Counted from the whole stretch's first letter, positions 26,924 to 40,331 are shown. The stretch is DNA of 57,214 nucleotides, filler included, from Dirinaria sp. TL-2023a (GCA_051941275.1; 4 parts of 4 records of this genome joined end to end with filler, not necessarily neighbours in it), one strand, 5' to 3'. The notes: generated from the letters alone by a model not told the origin. Numbers and translations are program-made.

Positions 26924-27923
26924 TTATCCCTTCTCTCCGGACTTCCTTACCGAGTCGAGCTCGGCCTTTTCCTCCTTGAACTCTGCCTGCGCTTTTATAG
27001 ATCTTTGCACTTGCCACACAGCGCGCTCAACTTCTGCACCCAGTTCTGGGATCTCAAGGCATTTCGCAATCAAAGCCCCATCGCCTTTCGAGAGCAGCAT
27101 CTGCTCAGGCAATTGCTGATTTTTTGATGCAAACCTAGATTGAACGGTGGCCCGCTCCTCCATGGCCTTCACTGTTTTATCAATGTCTCTTAGAGATAGC
27201 CCTACTCTTGCAACCGCGTAGGCGGTGTCGAGCGTAGAGGATGCAGAGGATGGAGTCAGATCAAGAAGCTCATTATCAATGAGGAATTCGACGTGTTTGG
27301 AGCCGTTTTGTGCTGCAATTATCAGCTCTTATCGACATAATCCGTGGATGATGGTCACCTCGCCAATGTGACCACCACCGAAAGACGAGCCAGAAGAATG
27401 GTAGATTCGGTATTCTGTAAATCAAATGTTGTCAATATCATTTCAAAATATATACGGTTAAGGTGTATTCGGAGCATCAGACCCACACGGGCAGTAAAGC
27501 AACGGGCGCCGTGATTGGCATCCCAAAAACGCTGGCCCACATCCACTTCCGGTGGTAACGCTGCCTCTCATGGCTCGCGTACCATTTCAAAAGTTCCCTC
27601 ACCCGCTCTTCGCCCAGTATACTGCTGGGGTACTTAACATTACTTTTCGTCCGCCTCTCAAGCTCCTCAGCTCTCCTCGTCTCGCTCAATGGAACCACGC
27701 TCTTCAGGCCCCACTCTTCGTAAGGTAGCCGCTGGAATAGTTTATTGCCGTATACGGCAACTTTTTTTTGCCAACCCGACTCGTATTTCTCCCAGAGCAT
27801 CCAGCGCTCAGAAGCTTTGGAGGTAATCCGATCGATGTAGGTTGTTTGACCTGGTAGGCGGCTTCGTTTCTGGCAGTAAATGAGACTTTGCCGCGTGGAT
27901 ATTGGGAGGAGAAAGAGTCTCAT
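26924..27923 (-). CDS. Mitochondrial K+/H+ exchange-related protein (Mit_KHE1 / yeast YDL183C family), 3 exons
   Basis: MRLFLLPISTRQSLIYC...W..WEK.ESGWQKK..YGNKLFQRLPYEEWGLKSV...YHRKWMWASVFGMPITAPVALLP-IPNLPFFWLVFRWWSH...ELGAEVERAVWQV. Confidence 0.85.
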
Positions 27924-28281
27924 TTCAAGTCGAGCCAAAATAATTTTCAAAGATAGGAAAATCAGGCTTTGGTCTTATGCCATTGCCTGGTCTTGAACTC
28001 AATCAAAATGGTCTAAACGCGTACTCGTACTAGTACAGTGCAGACCGCGGCAGCGCTAGGTCTTGGCATCAGAAGAAGACAGAAATCTGCCCCCCGCTCA
28101 GTCGGGAGCTCTCTCAGGGTGGCCGCTTTTAGCGAGCCGGCTGGGTGAGCAGGGGTGACTCGACACCCCATCAGGGTGATCAGCACCTCAGGCCGAGTGA
28201 GCAAAGCTCATCCTTCACCTTTTCACTCACTCAATTCTTCAACGTCCGAGCAGCTCAAAAAGTGCGCGCACATCCTCACGG

Positions 28282-28592
28282 TCTTTGACATAGTCTCATT
28301 CATGTGATCTTGAAAATGAATGTCGTGATGAAAACAAAAAAAAAACGATGCGTCGTCAATTCTCGCTCTTTCGATCTCAAAATCGTCATCGTTTTTTTCA
28401 TTTTACTCGTTCTCGACATTCTTATCTATTCTGTGCGATCATGAGTCGAAGAGAAATCTCGCTCGAGAAACTTCTGAAGAGAGTCTAAGTCAATGATTAC
28501 AAACGAGACGCTCATCAGACAGAGAACAGCATTAAAAACAATATTAAATATGTGAAAAAGACTCTGAAAAATCAGAATTGAGCGTTGAGACG
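28282..28592. repeat. Hypermutated (RIP-like) relic at contig end, probably the edge of a repeat or transposon
   Basis: 311 bp, ~36% GC by hand count, zero CC and zero GG, rich in TC/GA, no ORF, ends at an assembly break. Confidence 0.6.
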
Positions 28593-28692
28593 NNNNNNNN
28601 NNNNNNNNNNNNNNNNNNNNNNNNNNNNNNNNNNNNTTAATTAATTAANNNNNNNNNNNNNNNNNNNNNNNNNNNNNNNNNNNNNNNNNNNN
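28593..28692. other. Artificial contig spacer (44 N + TTAATTAATTAA + 44 N)
   Basis: Identical 100-bp linker. Confidence 0.98.
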
Positions 28693-29740
28693 TCCCCCAC
28701 AACCCCCCCAACCCGTTGCCCGGACGCGCAGCGGTCCCGAGATACGGCACGAGATTCGTGCCATTATTGTATCGCGTGCTGTTCCTGCCTGCTGCGGTGA
28801 AATTCCCCGCGTCGTAGATTACGCCCGTGCTCGATGCTGGATTTGCTGCTGCTCCTCCTCCTGCTCCTGGGGTTCTATATAAAATTCCAGTGGATGGGAT
28901 TCCTGTGTTGTAGTCGATTATTCCCAAGCTCGATGGTGTGCTTGCTCCTGTTGCGATTATATACGGGCTACTGATAGGGGTTGTAGCCAGAGTTCCATAT
29001 GCGGGCTGGGGAGTAGTGGTAGGAGTGCCAACTGGCGCGGCGGTCGAGGACATGGCGTGCTCGCCTACCGTGCCCTCGGAGTCTATGGTCAGGGCGTACT
29101 GTTGGGTCGAAGCGGCCGATGATGGAATTGTACTTGATAAGCCCGTTATTACTGTGCTTTGCATTCTTGGGGCGCCGAGAAGTACGACAGAGGCGTTAGA
29201 CGCCGTTGACGAGTTCGTTATTCCCGCGTTTGGAGTTGATGGAGGTGGAGATGATGCAGAGGATTTTGGGGTTTCGGCTACTCTCAGTGTAGCCACTGGA
29301 GCTATTTTCGGGGAACTCGATGGCGGAGTAGTAGTTGGAGACGATTTCGATGCTCCGCCTACTTGTATTGTAGCCACTGGCGCAATTTTCGGCGGATTCG
29401 AGTGGGAAGCAGTAGTTGAAGAATCATTTTTTGCCAGCTGCGGTGTTACAGTGCCCGTTGCTCCGGATGTGGCTGGGTGCGCGACGCCCGACAGTCCCAT
29501 GAGCCGTAGATTTTGAGAATTTTGTAGTGCCGCAAGAGGAATTCCTGTACTGAATGTGGAGCCAACGACCGGATTTGCCATGATGGCTCGGTTCTCCTTC
29601 TGCGCCGCATGATTTAGAGGACTTAGAGACCGTTCACGCTGAGCGCCATGTAGATTTGACCTCCCTTCATGAGGCGAGGCAATGATTGCTGTCGTTAGAA
29701 GCCATCCAGCACAAAGGAAAGCGTAGATGAGCTTGCACAT
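28693..29740 (-). CDS. Secreted Ser/Thr/Pro-rich cell-surface protein, possibly GPI-anchored; 3' end truncated by the contig end
   Basis: Signal-peptide-like MCKLIYAFLCAGWLLTTAIIASP, mucin-like S/T/P/A body, N-glycosylation sequons, internal duplicate (PKIAPVATIQV / PKIAPVATLRV), and a last readable stretch PYLGTAARPGNGLGGLWG resembling the start of a GPI signal. Confidence 0.7.
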
Positions 29741-30879
29741 TCTTCGCAAAGTGATAGCGACAGACGTGTATTCATGGACAAACTGAAAAGGACAGACATT
29801 GCGAGATCTCGCAAGTTGGAGGAGAGGTCTATGCTTCAAAAGAGGTTCAAACTCACTTGCATCTAATCGCCAATACTCCGGAGTACATGCAGATCCGCAG
29901 AGCGACCCAATCACCTGTCATTCCACCCCATATTAATAGTTTCATCAGCATCATGCGCTTGTTGCGGGTGTAAAAGGTTTGGGAGACAACAGGCGACTGG
30001 CACGGCAAGCGCGGGTACAAATGAAGCGACAACCTCAAATGTCCCAAGAGACGGCGGGAAAACATGATTGAATACCGACATCAAGAAATGCAGCCTTCAT
30101 CGAGGGGAACATCGATCTATTGGCTGTGTGCATACATCCGATTTCAGCCGCCCCAGGCAGCCTGGAATCTTTTCATCTTGAGTGCTGTATGTAGCTGACG
30201 TGGATGAATATGTTACAGAGACAAATATAGGAGATAGTGACTTCTTCAGACGAGAATGAGATAATGGATATAGATCGAAATGGACTCATCTATCCCATAA
30301 TTTGAAAAGGAAACTGAATTAGGAGAGGTGTCCTTCGAAAGGTTTGGTTATGGGTCAGTTTGGGTGTATGAAGGCATATCGAGACAGAGCACGAGATACT
30401 TCGGCCGTTGCAGTGTCTTGTCTCCGCGAGCCAGCTTGCCTGAGTTTGTGGGTATCTGATGGGATACATCATTTCTCACTGTTCTAAAGCAGAAGATGGC
30501 TAGATGTATAAAGACTGATCGATCACTTGACGCGAGGGATTCAAAGTCACCCACCCCCCACACTACGTCATCCCCCACAATCCATGAACAGCGCATTAGG
30601 TTTGCTCATTCACATGTGTATATAGCCCACCTTATCTTTGTATGGAGTATCGCGACACAGCAAATTGACCTTCCTCAAATATCGATCAATTCCTGAGATT
30701 TCGAAGATCATTCCTCATCTGACCTGATCACATCAGAGGCTTTCACCTACCAATCAAAGTTTCTAGTGACCTCTTGAACACCCCAACACCTTCAGACACC
30801 AATCTCCTAAGAACAAATCTCAACCAATACCGTCCGATCTGTATCGCAATCGACTGAATCCTCTAACCTCCCCTCGGCA

Positions 30880-31490
30880 ATGGATCCCTCCGCGCCATCC
30901 CAGCCTCCTCTCGACACCGCATACCAACATCCATCCAATCCCACCACCAAAGAACCCCAAGAGCAATACGAATCGCAATCAACGAGCGCATCTCAAAGGC
31001 GAACAGGAGCAAAACTCGACGGGCGCTCCGCGGGCGATGTCCCAACCGAAGCGACACCCAGCTCTTTAGCCAAGGGTGGCCACGGCGAGAGGGATGACCC
31101 GAATGTATCTAAACCCCTCTACCCCAACCCTCCTCCCCTACCAAACCTCCTATTCAAACCAACACTTTATATCTAACCAGCACTTCTGAGTTACTCCACA
31201 TCTAGATCCTAGGCAGCGACCCCACATCCTCCCTCGAAGGCGAACAGATGCGCGCCCCCGGCGAAGGCGACATCGCGCGGGCCAACGAGAACGTGACTGG
31301 GTTCGGCGAACAACCCGATCTAGCAGCTGATATGGATCGCAAGCGCGCGGAGCAGGATCAGATCAAAGAAGATCGCCGCGCGGATGGTAGGAGGGAGGAA
31401 GACAGAGGGGTCGATGTTCAGGGTGCGCTGGGAGGGGGAAAGAATGTGGTCGGTGCAGGTGCGGGCAGTGGGGGGAAAGGTGTTGCTTAG
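30880..31490 (+). CDS. Small hydrophilic hypothetical protein (2 exons, intron ~31105-31205)
   Basis: GTATCT donor, CTAAC branch site and TAG acceptor join MDPSAPSQPP...DDPN to ILGSDPTSSLEGEQMRAPGEGDIA...GFGEQPDLAADMDRKRAEQ in frame. G/E/D/R-rich. Confidence 0.7.
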
Positions 31491-32607
31491 GTGGATGCGA
31501 AGCGTATTGGGTTACGGATGGATATTATTATGTGTTTTGGGTGGAGCAGTTATCTGGAGTTGTTACCTGCTTGCCATGTCAGAAATCGGACCATGATAGC
31601 TAGAAAGAAAGAAGGGCGCAAAGCGCCGTCAGCGAGCCCACCTTCCCTTCAAAACCTTTTCCAGCCTTTTCCATCACATCCCCAATATCCCCCCTCCCCT
31701 CACTCACCGTCCAAACCCATCTAATCCTACTTCATCCATTATCCCCAACCAAAACCCACACCCAACATCCACAACATGAAATCCAGAAAAGAGCAAATGA
31801 TATGCCAAGCCGCCGCCAAGAAAACCCCAGACCCAGCGGGGTTTAAGGATCTTATCAGATTAGATTCCGAGTCCGGAAAGTCATGGAATGGGGTTCCATG
31901 CCGTGTGTGTTGTGGGACCTCCGAGAAACCAGCTGAAGTACATATATGTAAGTATACTGTATGGTGATTATTGAGGTGAAACAGCTGAAGGGAATGGGGG
32001 GAGGGATTCAGATTTGCGGCTGACCGAAGCAGTGTAATGTAATGTAAGTAGGTAGGTACAGTAGAATCGAGTTAATATTATTGTTGTATGTGTGTGTGTG
32101 TTGCAAAAAATGTCCCATTTTTGTTTGTGTTCTCCTGCAGCAGTTGCAGCTGGAGAAGAACCTCCCGAACGAAGAAGCCGGGCACGCCTTTTGTGAAATC
32201 AAAGGCAGCAAGCAGCTTCTGGCTAAACAATATCTATGGACAGCCTCTGCAGAAAAACTAGTAGTAGTGGTCTAATCGAAGGGCAGTTTTATACTCGGGC
32301 AATTCCCGGATTGCATCCGCTTGACCGACCGCCTTTGGCAAACGCAGCAAAAAGAAAAAAAAAAAAAAAAGAAAAAGAAAAGCAAGGTCTGGTATTTGCC
32401 AGACACTAAAGCCGCCAACGCCTTGCATTTCGTACTCGAATCGAGTTCAGATGGTGCCGCCCAATTATAATCGTACTAGGCCAGCCGAGAGGACGTGTTG
32501 CGAGACAAAGGCCGTGCCGCAAACGTCTTTTCCCTGTTGGCTCAACTTGTAATATCGTGGCTAGGAGATGATAGTCCACGGTACCAAAGATACTTCACTT
32601 GCAGCTC

Positions 32608-34434
32608 TCATCGCCGCCACCCAACATTCCAGATCACGTGAGCGATATCCTTCGCGGTGTTGACTGTGTCAACGACCTTTCCAAGGATTCCAGCCGTCTC
32701 ATCGTCGTCCTCGTCCTCGTCCTCTTCGTAAGGCATAAACATACCAGATGGTGTTCGTCGGAGACCACTTCGCTCTTCTTCGTCAGAGTCGTACATCGGA
32801 GTTCCTATCCCGGCATGCCCAGGGTAGGTGCTGGCTCTTCTGCCGGCAGAAGGCTGCCAGTTAGTGTCAAGTTCATCATCTTCATCGTCGAGCAGGAAAT
32901 TGGAGGACATATTGGCAGGCCTGATAGTCTCCTGGGATGATGAGTGGTTCAGCTTCGATGGCTGATTCCAGAAGCTGGCCTTCTGCCTGGCTTTTTGCTC
33001 TGCTGGGTCTGGTGTATCTCCTCGGTAGTTCAAAGTGGTGGATGGTAGCATAGCAATAGTTTTGTTTTCATGGCTGAAGCTACCTGGCGGTGTTCCTCGA
33101 CTGCTAAGGTTGGCTTTGGGATTCTCGATGGGCTTCATCGTCAGCAGCTCCTCTTCTGACGAATCACCGTCGTATACAGCACAGTAGGAATCTCCACAAT
33201 CATCTCGACCACAGTTGATAGCAATGCATTGTTCAACCTTGTTATTGAAATGAATGTGCTTCTTGGTGCAAGGTGTTTGTTGACCGGAAGTCGCTACAGA
33301 TGGTGTCTTCGATGAGGTAGCCGCCGAGTCGCTGGGCGAGGTCGTAGAATCCGACGAGGAGGTGAAGTCAGACAGTGCGCGATCACTCAGCATAGGCCGC
33401 TCACATAAACGCTTTCCAGGTCGTTGGGCTCGCAAGGCATCTGTGGCTCGCTTCATTAGGGTTGCCGACGACAGCGACCGTTGCAACATTATCTCTGACA
33501 AGCTGCGTTTTTTGAGTATAGGCTTCTTTGAGCCAAATGAATTACTCCTGGATATCTGATTTGTTGGTGGAGTAGCAGGCGGGTTGAAGTACCGCGCATT
33601 TCCAGTCTGCAGCGGGCCATATAACCATGTTGTGTCATGATCTTTGAACCTTTTACAAGATTAGCAAGTCACATTGCCAATTACTTCCAGAGAGATGTAC
33701 CAATTGAGTCTCTCAGGTGACACCGTCTTCAGCTTGTACATTGACTTGGTCCACGACCGCCACGAAGCATTCTCCAGTCTGGGACTCTCGCTATAGACCT
33801 TTCTCCTTGAAACGACGTGCTTCCAAGAAGACCAAATATCCTCTTCGTCCCAGTTGTGCGTTAGATAGTCAACATGCCTGGTGGGCTCCTTCGAAATCGC
33901 CGTATCGTCTCCAGCTGTGGACGTGCCTGTAGGACTGAGGCATGGCGGGGTCTTCGACGAAGCACTGTCGAGCGATACCATGGAAGGAACGTCTGAGATT
34001 ACAGGCTTGACCGGAGTTGGAGGAGGGTCTTCGATCCAAGCTCGCTTCCGAGAGCGGCCACGACCAATCTCTGCTGTTTCCTCCTCTTGCTCGTCCTCAT
34101 CGTATGAAGGAAAAGAGATCTCAGATTCGTCCTCTGAAGCGCACTGGTCGTCCAGCGAAAGGCTGCTCGACGGCGTTGACAGGTAAGACGGCTGATTTGA
34201 GAAGTCTGGCTGTGCGAAGAAGGGGGACGGCGGAGCAGATGAAGGCTCGGAAGAGGGATGACGAGATTCGAAGTCGATGTGGGCGTCATTCGTTCTGTGG
34301 TCGACAGAGGATGTTGCGTAGGGGGACGAAGACTGTAGGAAGATATTACTCTGAGAGGATGTTCGGCGTAGAGGTGGCCCGAATTGAGATCCACTGCCTG
34401 GCCGAGGCGGAAGTGATGAGAGTACTTCTGCCAT
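32608..34434 (-). CDS. REG1: Protein phosphatase 1 regulatory subunit Reg1-like (glucose repression), 2 exons
   Basis: AGDDTAISKEPTRHVDYLTHNWDEEDIWSSWK..RLENASWRSW..SPERLNW-FKDHDTTWLYGPL (DUF1752 region), KPILKKRSLSEIMLQRS, PP1-docking motif KHIHF, and C-terminal DTVNTAKDIAHVIWNVGWRR. Confidence 0.88.
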
Positions 34435-37400
34435 AGTAGGAGGAGATGAGCAGAAAGATCCTGAGTTGCTCAAGATGTCCCTTGGCCCCAATTGGGTCGG
34501 TCAAGTCTGACCCGTGAGCGACGATGAGGGTTTCCCCGACATTTGAGAGACACCCGTGTTAAACGACGTTCAATGCTCGCAACGATGGCCTTGTAAAGGG
34601 GGGAAAGGAGACCTTGCTGTGAGATGGGGTGCCGAGTCACACGAATTGTGTGATCGGGAGGTGAGTGTTATGGACCAACTGAGGGGAAATAATGAATGCT
34701 TTAGACTCGAGGGGTTGTGGGTAAGCAGGCAGGACCTGCTGTGGAGAAGTGGAGAAGGCAGCGAGGGGACTGGGGTTGAAGCGGGAGAACAGCTGCATAT
34801 ACGAATTATCCTCGTAAAGTAAGGTCAGGCCAGAGGTACCTTGCTCAATTGATGGAAGGAATTTGGGAAGAGAGAAGAATTGATGGTTTTGACGGGCCAG
34901 AGAGTAAAAGAACCTTATCGAGTCGAGCGTGTGGGGAAAGTCCCTGACTCGCTGTGTTCCTCGAATCAAAACAAAAAAACGGTTAAATACAACCCAAGGC
35001 CAATGGAACCTAAATGGACTGCCCTCGCACTATGTGAAGGTACGGTACCTTACTAAGGACTTTGGAAAACGAATAGCCAAGACCGAGGGTACCCATCATC
35101 GAGATTGACCAGAGCGCATTAATATTATTATCATCCAAAACTATCTTACAGTACGGAGTACATTATTCTTCCTTCGTCTTTTCGAAGCCATCGTTCACTA
35201 ATCCCATCTCAGTCCATCGCAATCCGACGATTCGAGCGTTATTACCGTCACCCGGCATACTGGCGAGCCACCTACGCAGTTCTCTTCAGCGGAAGGATTG
35301 CAGGACGCCCGGTGTGCAGGCTTGCAGGCTTGCAGCAGCAGACTGCAGCCGGAGCCGTTTCCTTGACATAAGCGCAATTAATGCGCCACACTTAGATCTG
35401 GGTCCCCAGGGTTCCCTGCCCACCAATCCTTAGCGCAGGAGGAATTTTTATACGTTTTACTCTGGCTCAGAAGATGGCGGGATTCGCAAAGCGAGAGTAA
35501 GAACGATACATTATTTGGGACGCGTTTCTTCTCACGCCCTTGAGCTTACCTTATTACTACCATTTGCCACCTTGATTTTCAGGGATGCCCTGACTCTTCT
35601 TCATACTTGACACAAGGCCTCTCGGACAACTGGAAGTCCACAGAGCCACTTTTCGGATTCTCGCGGTCGGCGTGAATCTCCGGCTAAAGCTTGAATTTCC
35701 CCATCACGATGACAACTGCCTGCAACGCTGTGATCGCCAACCAGCACCAGAAAACTCTTAACAAGCTGCTGAGGACATTGCACTGTAACCGTAACTTGGA
35801 CTTAGCCCCATCTACCTTACCTTACCTACCTTACCTTAGGTTAGGTAATGAGGTAGGGTGGTCCACCGGGTTCCCTGTGCTCTGCTGAGTTACGAAATAA
35901 TTAACATTTTTAGGTCGTTGAAACGAACGAAGTGGGTCTGTTATCACTCAGCATCCGGACTAGCCTCTTGGTAGGGAGTATTCGGTCCGGTAGCAAGTGA
36001 TGGTTGAGCCTTGCCTCAGCTTGCCCTCTTGCCACTAGTTGGTAAACGGCACCAGCAGGTTCGCCTCTCATGGTTCAGAGTGCCGTCACTGCAGCTAGGA
36101 AAATTGCGAATCAAATTCAAGCGCCGCCCAGTGATTGACGACTAAGCGTTGGAAGCCAGAGAACTCGTCACGCTTTCTGGCCATTGGCGACCACCCATAG
36201 ACGAGCACCATGGAGAAAAATCGAGGTAGCCTGGGCGGCTGAACTAACGGATCAAAATATCCACGAATGGCTCGCGTCGGAGAAATCATGTGCCTTGGCA
36301 ACGTTCGTTATCTGCATCCTCGGTGTCCTTTTAATGCACACAATCCAGAACAACTAACAAGCCACGATGGCGCAAGAGCTGTCTCCCATTACCGAATAAC
36401 GCGCGCTCTCGATGACTTGCAGGATATCACACTTTCAGCCTGGACCACTGTGCATGCTCTTTGCTTTAACTCCGTACCTCATTGGTAAGTCTACTGTCCA
36501 GTACTGTATGGTTGCGGGGCGAAACGCACAGACCGCTCGATTGGTTTTTGGCGGACTTGAGGTAGGCTGGTTTGGATGGCCATTGACTTTCATTGCCATG
36601 ATGTTATCATCTAACACAGAACGCCTTATCGCGTCCTGCATCGCGAGTACTCTGCATGCATCACCGTTTTCGCCTTGGGAGTCGAATGACCAAGTGGTAG
36701 CTTATCGCTCGTCAAACTTTCCTTATCAGTTTCCATATCCTCTCCTTTCAAAACTGCCAACCTATCTTCAAAGCACCAGAACTGGTGTTCCTGCCTGGAT
36801 AGCTATCCGACACGCGGGAGATCTACCATATAATGGGGCACTCGGCTTTTCGTGTAACACAGATCGCTCTGAGCCATGATGAAGGCCACGGTAGCTCCCA
36901 GACCAGATGGCTGGCCTCGTGTCAGCTGGCACTGTTTACAATACTAATAATAACACCACTATCTGGATTTCCACAACCAAGATGCTGTGATTACAAAAAA
37001 ATCCCATGGTTCATGATCTGGTCGGCGAGATACACTATGTGGATCAATTTCACACGGAAAATGACCTCTAACCAGATCCGCTGTCATTTACATGCCCCGA
37101 AATAGTGTTTGATGAGGCTTCGAGATTCATCGTCTATTTGTATCAAAGACGGAAATTCCTCTGGTTGCTGTGGTCGCATCGGATCCTATGAATAATGAAT
37201 TAAGCAAAGACATGTTTTCCGCAAAAGGTCCTCCTGCAGGGAGCTATTGTCGATCCATTGACCTGGATATTAACTGATTCCTCGTACTCAAGGCTCCGCG
37301 TCTCTATGCTCATGCCTCCAATCGGGGTTAACACCGAGCGTTTGATCTCAATCGCAACGCAGCCCTTGTACCAAGGTAGGAGGATCGAGAACTTGCCTTT

Positions 37401-40331
37401 GCATCGAGCAAGGCTTATCAACGATAACGCACTGCTTATTGGATCTAGTGGCCCTCTACCGCCGGTTGTGGCTGCAGAGCCATACTTTACACTTATGAGT
37501 TGGCTGTCAAGCATCGCATTCAGCACGTGCAGAACGAGGGGTAGCTGAAGCGGTTGCTGGACTACGATATCCTGCTGATCCTGCGTAGCGGGTGCTTGCA
37601 TGGCAGAAAAGCTTCTTTAATCTTCAGCCAAATCCGCATCCGATATCCTTTCTTTATAAATGTGGTACGAGTACAGTTTTACTCTAGGTACTCGTACATT
37701 GGTGCGCTTTGGCAGTCGAATACCCGATTACGTGATACCGCACAAAGAAGCTGGAAGAGAGCTTCCTTTTCTATATATCTTTCGCTACATCCGCTTGCAC
37801 TAAATCCTTCGGAGTTTTGATGACCTAAATGTGCTTCCGACATTCGGAGCCAAATGCATCGTAGCCAAAAGCGACCACAGTGTCTGTTCCAATTGTGTGG
37901 CATCGCAATGCTCCCGAACCTGACATTAACTAATGATCAGCTGAACCTACTCCACAACAAAGGTTCGTGCATGCTTATGATGTATATTGCTCCTTGCCCT
38001 CTTTCTGAGCTCAAACTCCAAGAATTTTACCAAATTACCATGCAATGCATTGCATCTCGAAGTGCATAGATGACGCAGCTTACTAGGTTACATGGACAGC
38101 AGCTGCTGGTTGTCGACCAGCTTTAGGAACTCCCGGTACCTGTTTAGTTACTTTTTTACTAAGATTCTGCCTTGTGCCAGAGGCAAGGAGGTGGAAATAA
38201 AGTTCTGCATGCGCCGAGAACGACATCACGACGCATCGCTGGTTGGACAAGCGGAGACTACGATAATACTTACGGAAACACTTCCTTCATACAATTTGGA
38301 CGCTGCCGGTCTCGAGAATCAGAGGGAAAATTGGTCTAAAGTCAGAGAACTTTGCTTCTGGTTAGCCAAATTGGGGGTCACCGCATGACCAGAGCTTCCG
38401 AGCTCCTTTGGTATCTTCAACTATTCTCTTTCATTCCAAACGAGGCCCACGACCGAGAAACAATGCATTGCGAAAAGAAATTTGGTCTCTCAGGTCTCTG
38501 ATCAATCAATGCCGTTTTGAGTCACATGGTCGTCTTCATTGAAACATAGTACCAGCCAGATCATGCAATTGGCTATCAAAAGATATTATACCTGACGACA
38601 ATGAGAATGAGTTCCGCAATCAATCAATTGATGACTCAATCTACCGAAGATATGAATACACCCAGCTCACTGCGTCTCCGGAGACCACAGCTCACCAACT
38701 TCCCGATGTCCATGCGCTGCAGTCGCAGAGGGCTTCATTCTTGTCTACTACCCTTCGCTAGTGAGGTGGCAGAGGTTGTGGAAAAATGAGATATTCGGTA
38801 CAGCAGCTCTCAAATCGAAAGGGACTGGTATGGACCTTACGAGCGATGGCACAATCTCCTACAATGTTGACTTCTTGGCTTTAAACCTGAATTTCCAAAT
38901 CATCGCCGTGTATGCTTCGCTTTTGATAAGCGCATGACTGGCACTCATCTACCTTGATGTGCAGGATCGATTTATTAAAGTTAATGATGCGTACCTGGAT
39001 TGCCGTGGACTATTATGTTTGTTTGATCTATAGAGCTAGACCCGACAACTGGAGTCTGGAGGATAGTAGCTAGACATCGCTTGTGAGTAGTCCCAGAACA
39101 ATGTCCGGGCAGTTGAGATTCAAAGGCATCCGGACATCATATCTTCGCAATCACGGTCCTGGACCGGCTAAACGGGCCATACTCTGCCCATGCCAGTCGG
39201 CTTGTCCAGTCATCAATCGTTTCTTGTGAAAATAGGGTTTGACACACAGTTTTTATTGGCCCTCTATATGGTCAATGCTGGAAGAATTGGTCACTATAGT
39301 TTTTGGTCAAACCCAAAAGCCTCACATAGTGACTCTGTCGTACTAATATTGAGATGTCTCGTGGATGCAAGGTGCAATCATCTGGTCCGAATCATGTGTT
39401 CTAGCCATTCCGGTGACAATCGTGGGTATTTCTGAGCGTATTTTTCAGCGGAGTCCGCTCTCTAGAGTTTGCTCCAAATGACCCATTCTGTTTGCTAATA
39501 GCATGCACAATTCAGGGGCTGAGAGTGCCTGCAAAATCCTAGTGCATCGACGTGAAATAAAAGATGATGGAATCGAGATAAAGTTCACCATACCACCCCC
39601 CCAAAAACACACATAAACAAAGACAAGCCGTATTTACGGCTCACTGCACTGATCATTCAATGCATGTGTAAAAGGCGATGAGGTAGCGGACAGAGTAGCC
39701 AACGAAGCAAACGCACTTCTATGGCCAGATCCACTGGCATGCGAATCCGGCGCCAGAGCAGCGCTGATCCAGAACCAGCCCTGCGCAGCATGACGAAGTG
39801 CATCAGTAAAGTCTACTGTCCCAAGTTGACGTCGACGACAACACATCGTTATATGCATCTTCACGCCGAGCGTATGAGTTCGCACAGCGCACTGCTCTCA
39901 CAGTAAAATACAGGCAAGATTGGCTCTCGCCAATTCTTGTGCGTGCGGCGCGTGCTCGAGATGACCGCAGAAGGTCTGCCATTGCGGCCAGGATCGCATG
40001 ATGGTGAAGCATGTCTTGCTGATTTGCCTCAACTGAAGGCAGGAACAATTGGAATTGCAACGAAAGCCAAATAACATCACGCCCATAAGAAAAATGCTTG
40101 GTAGTACTATGATAGCGATATATCTTGTGGTATCTATTGGACTATTCAATCAATATCAGGCGAACCCCTCTCGAATTCGGGTTAGGACATGTATGAGGCT
40201 CATAAAGTCCTCGAATGGAGAATGTCCTGGTATTCCGGGAGGCGAGAAGGGCAATGACAGAAAGAGTCGGTACCACGCATGCATAGTGATACAAATCTCC
40301 CATAGGCCGCTTGAGGGTGGTCAATCGAGTG

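Noticed and set aside
28637..28692. ORF-track C-termini ending in XXXX-LIN (here and at 42983)
   Set aside because: Translation through the N linker; the real genes are truncated by contig ends.
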